DNA of 64,000 nt from an uncultured virus (IMG/VR IMGVR_UViG_3300006103_000010) (Duplodnaviria; Heunggongvirae; Uroviricota; Caudoviricetes): the IMG/VR virus record IMGVR_UViG_3300006103_000010; one strand, given 5' to 3'. A program made the position numbers and the translations under genes. Below, piece by piece: positions 27,012 through 35,154 of this stretch (position 1 is the stretch's first letter; the number at the start of each line of letters is the position of its first letter). The notes below the pieces were generated by a model. The model had not been told where the DNA came from, made no database searches, and saw nothing but the letters and a program-made list of their open reading frames with translations.

Positions 27012-27038
27012 TGTAAAAAGCAGTACTGGATAAACTAG
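27012..27038 (+). promoter_or_regulatory. candidate late promoter (TGTAAAA-N15-ACTAG)
   Basis: Intergenic, ending 9 nt before the protease ATG, which has no RBS. Confidence 0.55.
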
Positions 27039-27047
27039 GCGTTGAAT

Positions 27048-27719
27048 ATGATAAAGTATAGCGCACCAACAGTTGGACTCATGGGACGTAACAGTCTTAT
27101 GTCTTTGTCTACCCGTACGCAACCTATCGAGATCTCCCCAGTAAAGCTGGAAGACTTCCCCAACTTCAATCCAGAGAAGGGGTATGTTTATGCGGCTAGC
27201 CGTGCTATCAGCAGCCGTGTTAATGCCAACTACGATGGCTGGCCTGTAGACCAGATCAAGAAGAGCTACAAGACATTTGTTGGTCGTCCTATTTATGTAG
27301 AGCACAACAACAGTGACCCCGAGCGTGCTCGTGGTGTGATCCTGGATGCTGTCTACAAAGAATCAAAACTGGCTAGCGGTGTTATCGATGCCAGTGTTTA
27401 CTGCCTGATGGAAGTCGATGCAGAAACCTTCCCCAAACTTGCTGGGGCAATAATGGATGGCAAGCTCAAGGCTGTCAGCATGGGTGCTGACGTTGATGGA
27501 ACCCAGTGCAGTGCTTGTGGTAAGTACGCCAGCAAGCCTAGCGAGTACTGTGTGCACATTCCTCGCATGAAGGGGCGCACGGTTACTGTTTACAAAGAGG
27601 GTAAGCGCACTGAGAGCTTGGTGTTTGAAAGCTGCATCCGTCCTAACTTTTTTGAATTGAGTTTTGTATTCGATCCAGCTGACGAGAGCGCCTGGCTTAC
27701 TGACAAGAGGCGCTACTAA
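27048..27719 (+). CDS. prohead (capsid maturation) protease
   Basis: PIYVEHN (His), AVSMG (Ser), FFELSFVFDPAD motifs of the HK97/S78-like fold, with a CxxC..C.H insert; located between portal and scaffold. Confidence 0.85.
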   Translation: MIKYSAPTVGLMGRNSLMSLSTRTQPIEISPVKLEDFPNFNPEKGYVYAASRAISSRVNANYDGWPVDQIKKSYKTFVGRPIYVEHNNSDPERARGVILDAVYKESKLASGVIDASVYCLMEVDAETFPKLAGAIMDGKLKAVSMGADVDGTQCSACGKYASKPSEYCVHIPRMKGRTVTVYKEGKRTESLVFESCIRPNFFELSFVFDPADESAWLTDKRRY

Positions 27720-28492
27720 TGCCCATCTTAAAAGTCAGCGAAACTCTAGAGCACAAGCAGGGCTATAGCGGGATGCGTATACCTGTTGTCAGTCAGCCAA
27801 TTGACAACTGCCCACAGTGTGGTGTTGGTGGTTACCGTGATGGTATCTGCCAGAATGCTACATGTGGCTTTCTTGATCCCAAGCTTGAAGCAGCCTATCA
27901 AGAATACAGCATGGCCACAATGGTTCAACAGCAGGCCATGGCTGATAAAGCTGCTCCTACGAAGAAAAGTGCATCTGCTGAAGGTCAGACACCTGTTGCC
28001 ATAATTGATCAGTTCTCACAAAACTCAGAAAAAGTTAAAAAAGATAAATGTAATGTATGCCGTAACATGAGTATAGTAAATGGTAGCTGTGAAACACAGG
28101 GCTGTTATGGCTCTTTGCCACCAGAAGGGCTGAGAACACCTAGCTCAAAATTTACCGGCATCAACGAAAAAACTGTTAAGAACAAGGGCCCACGTTTTCT
28201 ACCAACCTTTGAAGTATTTAATAGCAGAAAAAAGCAGAAGCCAGAAGATAGCAAGAAGCCTACGAAAAAAATAAAAGCAGTGGCCAGCAGGATTGAAGCT
28301 GCAGACAAGCAGCAACAGATGCCGGTAAGCCCTGGAATGTTTTTAGATAGCAGCATGATTCTACCAAAGCAGCCAGTGGTACGTATGCAAGAAGCACTAC
28401 AGCTTGATGCAACCATGAAATCAGAAAAACCATTTAATGCTGCTATGGATCAAAACAACACCGACAAGAATACTAGCGAGGAGCTACAATGA
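27719..28492 (+). CDS. double Zn-ribbon head-associated protein
   Basis: CPQC..C...CG and CNVC..C...C; LKVS, KKSA, RIEAA motifs. Confidence 0.7.
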   Translation: MPILKVSETLEHKQGYSGMRIPVVSQPIDNCPQCGVGGYRDGICQNATCGFLDPKLEAAYQEYSMATMVQQQAMADKAAPTKKSASAEGQTPVAIIDQFSQNSEKVKKDKCNVCRNMSIVNGSCETQGCYGSLPPEGLRTPSSKFTGINEKTVKNKGPRFLPTFEVFNSRKKQKPEDSKKPTKKIKAVASRIEAADKQQQMPVSPGMFLDSSMILPKQPVVRMQEALQLDATMKSEKPFNAAMDQNNTDKNTSEELQ

Positions 28493-29931
28493 GTCGTTTC
28501 GATAATGAGCTAATCAAGCAGGCAGAGAATGCTTGGAGCAGCAGTGGTCTCCCAGGGCCATCTACACCTCGCCAGATCCCACACCTTCAGGGTGTTCAGC
28601 CTTACGCTGATGCGCTTGTTCCAGCTGAAGTACCAGTTGTAGAGCAGATGGCAAACACCTCTGCTAACCGTCCAGTAACCAGAATGATTCAGGTTACCGA
28701 CCTTGACGCCGCTGACCCAGCTGGCGGTCAACCAGGAGAGATTGTTGGTATGCCAGGTATGAGTCAGGTTTACGCACTCGGTGGCCCAGACCCCGCAAGC
28801 ATGCCAGGAACACTGGCTCCTAGCACCGGCTTTGGTGGCAACATTGGTGAACTTCCTCAAGGCAGCCTGGGCGCTGGCCAGAAGGCTGCAAGTGTTGACC
28901 CTATCGATGAGAGCCTGTACCAGGTTTACAAGGCCAGTCGTGATATCCGTAACGCTATTGATGAGCAGGTTGATTTTGACTTTTCTCGTCTGATCACTGC
29001 CAGTAACGAGGCAGCCACCGTTAGCAAGTTTGCTAACACCGACACTGATGTTAATGATGTTGTCGGTACCGTTGCAGCCATCGTTCTTGACATTGAGAAC
29101 GACCTGATCAACACCAGTGACTACAAGCAGGCCAGCAGCAACCTCAAGGAACTTGAGAACCTGCTGGATGAGATCAACAAGTTCGCCGCCAAGAAGAACT
29201 GCAAGAGCTGCAAGGGCAAGGGTTGCAAGGACTGCGAGAAGGAAGAAAAGGGCGACGACGAAGACGACGAAGAGGATGATGGCAAGCCATCCTGGCTCAA
29301 GGGCAAGGGCAAGGGCAAGGACAAGAAGAAGGGCAAGGGCAAGAAGGAAGCCACCAACGGTCGCCAGGAGACTGGTGTAACTGTTGATGTTCGTGACCTT
29401 GATGACCAGGCTGGTGTCTGGGACCGCGCTCGAGTCATGATGCCTGACTACACCACCAATCCACTCGAGGCCGAGCAGATCAACGCTGAAGATGCTGGCT
29501 ATGTCAACTACTACAACGATGGTGCTGAGACCGGAATTGTCCCTGGTCAAGAACCACACAAGCAGGAGGTTTTCCCCATGGATGCCAGTAACCCGGCATT
29601 TGTTCCTTACCAGAATGCGCTGGGTGCAGTACAGGCCAGCCGTGAAAAGATCTTCGAGAGCCTGGCTATCGTAGAGCGCCTTGAGAAGCTGGGTATGGTC
29701 AACGAGGATGACCGTGCCAAGCACCTCGCCAAGTTTGAGCAAATGGACAGTGCTAAGCTAGCAGGTTTTGTAGCCAGCCTTGACATGCTCGAAGAATCTG
29801 GGGCACGTCAACCCCGGAGCCAAAAAGTGGCAAGTGGTAACAGCCGCCTGCCAGAGATGGGTCGGTTGACAACGGCCTCAACAACTAGCCGTGAGCAGCT
29901 CTCTGCTGACGACTGGCTGATGACACTTTAA
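28489..29931 (+). CDS. capsid scaffolding protein
   Basis: Upstream of decoration and capsid genes; coiled coil; strong codon bias; many K-x-A sites (KQA, KAA, KFA, KEA, KVA). Confidence 0.75.
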   Translation: MSRFDNELIKQAENAWSSSGLPGPSTPRQIPHLQGVQPYADALVPAEVPVVEQMANTSANRPVTRMIQVTDLDAADPAGGQPGEIVGMPGMSQVYALGGPDPASMPGTLAPSTGFGGNIGELPQGSLGAGQKAASVDPIDESLYQVYKASRDIRNAIDEQVDFDFSRLITASNEAATVSKFANTDTDVNDVVGTVAAIVLDIENDLINTSDYKQASSNLKELENLLDEINKFAAKKNCKSCKGKGCKDCEKEEKGDDEDDEEDDGKPSWLKGKGKGKDKKKGKGKKEATNGRQETGVTVDVRDLDDQAGVWDRARVMMPDYTTNPLEAEQINAEDAGYVNYYNDGAETGIVPGQEPHKQEVFPMDASNPAFVPYQNALGAVQASREKIFESLAIVERLEKLGMVNEDDRAKHLAKFEQMDSAKLAGFVASLDMLEESGARQPRSQKVASGNSRLPEMGRLTTASTTSREQLSADDWLMTL

Positions 29932-29958
29932 CAGAATCCCCTACAAGGAGAAAAAAAG

Positions 29959-30477
29959 ATGCTGCAACTCAATAGCGTAGCTAATGTTGGGGTCCACCGT
30001 ACGTGCACCCCACTGTACGAAAAGTATGAGGCTACTCCATACAACACGTTCCTGGACCCCAGTGACACGACCAACATCTACTCGGGCATGGTTATGTACC
30101 GCAGTGGACCTGACACGGTTGCCAATGCTGGTAGTGCTACCAGTACGGCCAATGCCAAGCCTTTCGGTTTGAGTGCTCTTGACCGTAACCCTAACATTGA
30201 TGACGTAACCCAGGTTGGTATCAATGCCTGGGCCGTATGGCTGGGTGGCGTTAACGCCTTCTTCACCATCACGGCTCCTGCCTTTGACACCACTCAGTCT
30301 TACACGGTCCCAACGAACGGAACCCGTACAATTCTGTACACAGCTAGTGGCACTGGCCAGCTTACCACAACCAGTGGTGCTGCAGGCACACTAGCATCCG
30401 TTCCAGTCGCTGAGCTGATCGATGTTGTCAGCCCAACACAAATTGTTGTCCGTCTAGCCGCTGGCTTGGCCAACTAG
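29959..30477 (+). CDS. capsid decoration / minor capsid protein
   Basis: Between scaffold and major capsid; AAGGAG RBS; strong codon bias. Confidence 0.7.
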   Translation: MLQLNSVANVGVHRTCTPLYEKYEATPYNTFLDPSDTTNIYSGMVMYRSGPDTVANAGSATSTANAKPFGLSALDRNPNIDDVTQVGINAWAVWLGGVNAFFTITAPAFDTTQSYTVPTNGTRTILYTASGTGQLTTTSGAAGTLASVPVAELIDVVSPTQIVVRLAAGLAN

Positions 30478-30498
30478 TTAAGGAAAGGTAAATTAATC

Positions 30499-31509
30499 AT
30501 GAGTATTTCCCCTAATGGCGCTGTAGCGGACCACCTGGCACCGCGCACAGCCAAGAAGTCGGACGACTATGTTTCTGGAATCGTAGAGGCTCAAGAGCGT
30601 CTTGCTTCCGCCACTGGTCGTAAGACTGCTACGCGTGAGGAAAAGCAGCGTCGTCTAGCTGGTATCCTTGCTGACAAGGACAACTACATGGTCCGTCTGG
30701 GCCAGGGTATGATTGGTCCTATCCAGCTCAAGCTTCGTTATCAGGGTATGACCCGTAACGTTCTTCTGGAAGACCCACTGACCCCTGGTGTACCTGTCAT
30801 GTACGACGTTCTTGACGAGTACGGTCAGGCCTACATCCTGTCGGGTAACGAGGGTGAGGTTCGTGTAACCCCATTCGAAGGTAAGAAGGTTCCGGTCCGC
30901 CTATTCCGTATTGCCACCTTCCCACAGATCAAGAAGGAAGACCTCTGGTACCTCAGAGTCAACATTGTAGAATACGCTCAAGACATGAGCAAGCAGGCCA
31001 TCATGATGCAGGAAGACGCCCGTCTTATCACTGTTCTTGAAGCCGCTATCAACAACTACGCCGTTGACCCCAACCACACGGTCAGCCCCAACCACGTTGT
31101 TAACGAGCTTTCGGGTTACGTAACCCCTGACTCGATGTACGACCTGGTCGCCCTCATCGAGGTCCACCAGTTGGAGGCCAGCCGTCTGCTGTTCAATCCC
31201 ATCGACTACCGTGACCTCTACAAGTGGGACATCAACCAGACCGGTTGGGCCTTCAAGGACCGCGTTGTAGCCGGTGAGCGCATTGTTCAGTTCGGTGGTT
31301 TCCAGGTTCAGCGTAGTATCGAGGTTCCCCAGGGTACCGTTTACATGACCCCAAGCCCCGAGTTCCTCGGTGTCTTCCCCGTCATGTACAGCCTCGACGT
31401 TGAAGAGAACAACACCCCTGAGAAGTTCCACAAGGGTTGGGTCATGGATGAGCTCGTCAGCGAGATTGTTCTTAACCCACGTGGCCTCGGCAAGATCGTC
31501 AAGGCCTAG
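30499..31509 (+). CDS. major capsid protein (Bxz1-like)
   Basis: RLGQGMIGPIQLKLRYQG, TPFEGK, FPQIKKEDL, WDINQTGWAFKD and PEFLGVFPVMYSLDVEE match my recollection of the cluster C mycobacteriophage capsid; strongest codon bias in the window. Confidence 0.92.
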   Translation: MSISPNGAVADHLAPRTAKKSDDYVSGIVEAQERLASATGRKTATREEKQRRLAGILADKDNYMVRLGQGMIGPIQLKLRYQGMTRNVLLEDPLTPGVPVMYDVLDEYGQAYILSGNEGEVRVTPFEGKKVPVRLFRIATFPQIKKEDLWYLRVNIVEYAQDMSKQAIMMQEDARLITVLEAAINNYAVDPNHTVSPNHVVNELSGYVTPDSMYDLVALIEVHQLEASRLLFNPIDYRDLYKWDINQTGWAFKDRVVAGERIVQFGGFQVQRSIEVPQGTVYMTPSPEFLGVFPVMYSLDVEENNTPEKFHKGWVMDELVSEIVLNPRGLGKIVKA

Positions 31510-31517
31510 TAGTACCT

Positions 31518-31573
31518 GCAGCATTAGCCGGGGAGCGATCCCTGCGAAAGCAAATCGCCCCGGCACTTGCTGT
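31518..31573 (+). terminator. long GC-rich hairpin after the major capsid gene
   Basis: GCAGCA..GCCGGG-GCGAT..TGC-GAAA-GCA..ATCGC-CCCGGC..TGCTGT; no U-tract. Confidence 0.6.
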
Positions 31574-31645
31574 GTTATATAAAACACTTCTAGAATTCCT
31601 AGATCTGTTAGGGCAGCCAAGCCCCTTGAAACAAGGAGAATAAAA

Positions 31646-32212
31646 ATGGCAAGAAGCGTATCACGATCCAGCGATGTCAGCAGCGAGAGCGTCAGTGTCC
31701 CGGTAACGGATCTTGGCGGTCACATTGAAGATCACCGCCCAGATCCATCAGACCTTAGTGCTGCAAGAAGCAGTGGTGCTGTAAACTTTCAGGGGCTCAA
31801 GAGCATCCAGACCAATGACTGGATTGAGAACCTGATGACAGGCAGCACTCTTTTCCGTAGCGACAAGGGCAGTTTTAAGTTGTCCGCTGCTGGTTATCAT
31901 GGCAGTATTCAACCTATTTCTGCAGACATCCGTCAGGACCCATACGTTCTGCGGGCTGTACAACGTGGCAGAATCGCTTTTCTGAGTGAAGATGATGCCA
32001 TGGAAAAGATCTCAACTCTCGTTGATGAGAGCGATTCTAGTGAAAGCCACCTGGATCGACTCCGCGAGAGCCTGTCTGTTGGTGCTAGCGATAACAATGG
32101 CATGTACAAGATTGATCTTCCAGACGAGGCAGAGCCCAAGGGCCCAAGCCAGAGTTGGGAGCAAGTTTGGAATAATAGCACTAGTAACCCAAAGCCTAAA
32201 CCGAACAAGTAG
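31646..32212 (+). CDS. hypothetical head-associated protein
   Basis: AAGGAG RBS; directly downstream of the capsid gene. Confidence 0.75.
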   Translation: MARSVSRSSDVSSESVSVPVTDLGGHIEDHRPDPSDLSAARSSGAVNFQGLKSIQTNDWIENLMTGSTLFRSDKGSFKLSAAGYHGSIQPISADIRQDPYVLRAVQRGRIAFLSEDDAMEKISTLVDESDSSESHLDRLRESLSVGASDNNGMYKIDLPDEAEPKGPSQSWEQVWNNSTSNPKPKPNK

Positions 32213-32251
32213 ATAGTAGGGCTGTTGCTCTACATATCATAAGGAGCACGC

Positions 32252-32530
32252 ATGAGCGACAAAACAGAAAAAGCAGCAGCCCCTGTAGAAGAGACCTTCG
32301 TTACCGACAGTGGATCGCTAAAGGCAGTAATTCCTAGCGGTACTGTGCTTAGCGGTACCACGTACTCTAACCAGCCCTGGTTCAATGTCTGGCTACCACA
32401 AACATTCCCTGGAGCTGTTGTAAGCGGCGTTGCAACCCCAACTCTTAGCGGAACTGGTTGGGCTGGTCAGAATAATACTGGATTTGTATTCCAGAATGAC
32501 CAGTACAACACTACCAACAGAGGCTTCTAG
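32252..32530 (+). CDS. small SG-rich virion protein
   Basis: AAGGAG RBS; 92 aa. Confidence 0.7.
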   Translation: MSDKTEKAAAPVEETFVTDSGSLKAVIPSGTVLSGTTYSNQPWFNVWLPQTFPGAVVSGVATPTLSGTGWAGQNNTGFVFQNDQYNTTNRGF

Positions 32531-32583
32531 AGTTCTGTGCACTCACTATCCAGTAAATCTTTTAAAAGAATAGGTGACATATA

Positions 32584-33330
32584 ATGCCAATAACCCCAAA
32601 CGTTTCTCAGGAGCAGGCCAACAAAGCCACGCTGCGTGCTCAAACACGTGGTGGCGTTACTCCTGCAAACCCTAACCCTCCAATTGACGAGGCCAACCTG
32701 GTCAATGCTTTTGCTCAGGCCAGTGGTATCCTGCGCTTGACCGGTGTGCTCAGTACTAGCAACTTCACCATCAGTGGTAATGGTACCGGTGTTAAGACCG
32801 CTACCATCACTGGTAGCAGTGCCAAGGTAAGTGACCTGGTTTCTGCTCTTGCTGCTGGCCCTCTGAGTGCAAGCAACTTCTTTGTTAATGCTGGTCCTGC
32901 TCAGCTGCTCAAGGGTAACACCGGGGCTGCTAACGGTGGTGCTGTTGTTGACATTATTGTACCCAGCGGTATTATTCTATCAGTGGTCAGCGGTACAGGT
33001 ACTCCTCCAACTCTTACGGCTGTATCACTATCCGGTGCTCTGGGCACAAGCTACCCCAGCTATGTAGGCACGCCTAACGTTACTCCCAACTGGATCGATG
33101 ACGCAACGGTTCACTACTACCCTGTTGGCTTTGGTGGTATGATCTCTAACAGCACCATCCTTACCGGTGGCACCACGATCACAACCACTGGCACGCTCAC
33201 TCAGCAGCAGCAGGTTCGTCAGATCAACACTATCCCCAGCGAAACACAAGAGTATGATGGTTACTTTGCCACATATAGTGGTAACCTGTACCAGACTGCT
33301 CAGAAGAGAACCTGGCGCCAGAACAGCTGA
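32584..33330 (+). CDS. virion structural protein
   Basis: Ser/Gly/Thr-rich; AGGTG RBS. Confidence 0.7.
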   Translation: MPITPNVSQEQANKATLRAQTRGGVTPANPNPPIDEANLVNAFAQASGILRLTGVLSTSNFTISGNGTGVKTATITGSSAKVSDLVSALAAGPLSASNFFVNAGPAQLLKGNTGAANGGAVVDIIVPSGIILSVVSGTGTPPTLTAVSLSGALGTSYPSYVGTPNVTPNWIDDATVHYYPVGFGGMISNSTILTGGTTITTTGTLTQQQQVRQINTIPSETQEYDGYFATYSGNLYQTAQKRTWRQNS

Positions 33331-33429
33331 TGAACGAAGTTATTGCGAACGTAAGTGTCGTATCAATACAAATAATAAGAAGCGACGGTACTCAGGAGTT
33401 CCTGGGTGCCGTTACTTCTTCAAAGGAAG

Positions 33430-34053
33430 ATGATGATAACCACAGCCTTGACCAGTCAGGTGAGAAGTAACCTGACTGCAGTGTTAGTTGGGAGCGGATA
33501 CTCTGCTGCCCAGCCTAGATACATGCAATGGGGTACTGGAGCAGCGCCAGCCCTGGGAACAGATGAAAGTATTAGCAATCCATCTGGACCAAGAGTCGCG
33601 GTGTCTGGTAGTTTCCAGACCACGTTCACAACTAACGATACTCTGGTTCTAACCGCTGCTCTAACCAGTAGTGGACCACAGGTTATAACCAACCTAGGGC
33701 TTTTTAACGGATCAACCAGCTCTGCTGACACTGTACTAACAGCTCAGCTTAATCCTGGTGCCACAACGGTTAGTGTCTCAGATGCCAGTGTTTTTCCTGG
33801 TACATATCCTTTTGATGTACAGGTGCTCAGTGAGGTAATGACAGTTGTATCTGGCACGGGGAATACTCTTACTATTACTCGCCATGCCAACGGCAGCCCT
33901 ATCAGTACCAATGTAATACCCGCTGGAACTCGCATAGTAGGTGGGAACAACACTGCGAATGGCAATATGTTCTTGAAGTCCAGCTTTGCTGATGGTGTGA
34001 TTCTTAATCCCGGCGATACGATGTTGGTAAGTGCTAGTATCCAGTTTATTTAA
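33430..34053 (+). CDS. virion structural protein
   Basis: YMQWGTG...ITNLGLFN pattern typical of phage fibre/collar proteins. Confidence 0.7.
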   Translation: MMITTALTSQVRSNLTAVLVGSGYSAAQPRYMQWGTGAAPALGTDESISNPSGPRVAVSGSFQTTFTTNDTLVLTAALTSSGPQVITNLGLFNGSTSSADTVLTAQLNPGATTVSVSDASVFPGTYPFDVQVLSEVMTVVSGTGNTLTITRHANGSPISTNVIPAGTRIVGGNNTANGNMFLKSSFADGVILNPGDTMLVSASIQFI

Positions 34054-34061
34054 GGTAAAAA

Positions 34062-34427
34062 ATGCAGGTACAACTAGGCAATCAGTACCCAAAGCTCGCC
34101 GCCATCCCTGACGATTCTGCGCCAACAGTAACTTACATAACCATACCTGACAGCTATACTGTCACTGATGAAGACGTTCGGGAAATAGCACTCGAGTTCG
34201 CTCGCCGTCCGGATATCACCCAGCTACCAGGTCACGAGGCCTTTATCGCCGTTGTTCATGGCAGTGGTGCTTGGGACTCTCATGGCTATGGCACACCTCT
34301 CTGGGTGTGGAGCGATAATGCCATCCTGCAAAAGCAGCTACAAGATTTCTATGGCGTTGGTGGCCGCCCTGACGACTACGAGCAGACCCACTACACGCTT
34401 AATGACATCCCAGAGGAGCAACAATGA
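34062..34427 (+). CDS. hypothetical protein
   Basis: AAGGT RBS; ATGA overlap with the next gene. Confidence 0.7.
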   Translation: MQVQLGNQYPKLAAIPDDSAPTVTYITIPDSYTVTDEDVREIALEFARRPDITQLPGHEAFIAVVHGSGAWDSHGYGTPLWVWSDNAILQKQLQDFYGVGGRPDDYEQTHYTLNDIPEEQQ

Positions 34428-35152
34428 TTGTTAACCAGGGGCGTTTGATGTGGGCCCGTGGCCTGTTCGGTGCCGGTAGTTGGAGTACAACTGTATCCGG
34501 TGGCACACCTGTTTCATGGGCTGGTGCCGGTAGCACCGCAACCTCTAACAGCTATACCATTAATAACATTGTTGTTACCAGTGGAGCACTACAAGGTTAC
34601 ACTCTTGTAGTAGTTACATCTGGCACCGGTGCAGTTGTATATGCAAATGTTATTAACAACCCAGCTGCTGCATTTGGTCCATGCAATGTCACTGTAGACC
34701 AGTGGTACACACCAGGAACCGATGGTAGCACTCCGGGCAGTGTTCCAGGAACAGCTAGCAACTACATGCTGTTCACCGGTACAACACCCAGTTGGTACAT
34801 GGCACTGGGCAGTGGCAACATGAATGCTGTTACCAACTCCACTATCAATTTGCCAGGTGAGGTCACAACCAGTGGACTCATGCGCAAACCCAGTGTTGTA
34901 GCCATCAGCGCTGCACCGACAACCACAGCAACCAGTGGTAGCACTGTTGTAACTCTGACCAGTGTGTTCACAGTTGGTGCATCAGACACGATCCCATTGA
35001 CCATCAATGGTGTTGGCATCTTTAATACACGTGGAACTGTTTCTGGAACTGGCTATACCGGGCTTATGTTCGCCACTCCGTTTAGCACCAGTGCTACACT
35101 GAGCTCGATTGGCGACCAGATAACAGTAACCGAGCAGATCACTGGACCATAA
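34424..35152 (+). CDS. virion structural protein, distantly similar to 33430
   Basis: YMALGSG...INGVGIFN...GDQITVT parallels YMQWGTG...ITNLGLFN...GDTMLVS. Confidence 0.7.
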   Translation: MIVNQGRLMWARGLFGAGSWSTTVSGGTPVSWAGAGSTATSNSYTINNIVVTSGALQGYTLVVVTSGTGAVVYANVINNPAAAFGPCNVTVDQWYTPGTDGSTPGSVPGTASNYMLFTGTTPSWYMALGSGNMNAVTNSTINLPGEVTTSGLMRKPSVVAISAAPTTTATSGSTVVTLTSVFTVGASDTIPLTINGVGIFNTRGTVSGTGYTGLMFATPFSTSATLSSIGDQITVTEQITGP

Positions 35153-35154
35153 CC

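Noticed and set aside
28510..29742. 410-aa minus-strand ORF (similarly 30901-31620, 50203-51009 and 5636-6331)
   Set aside because: Antisense shadows of strongly codon-biased or low-complexity + strand genes; no RBS and no protein-like motifs.
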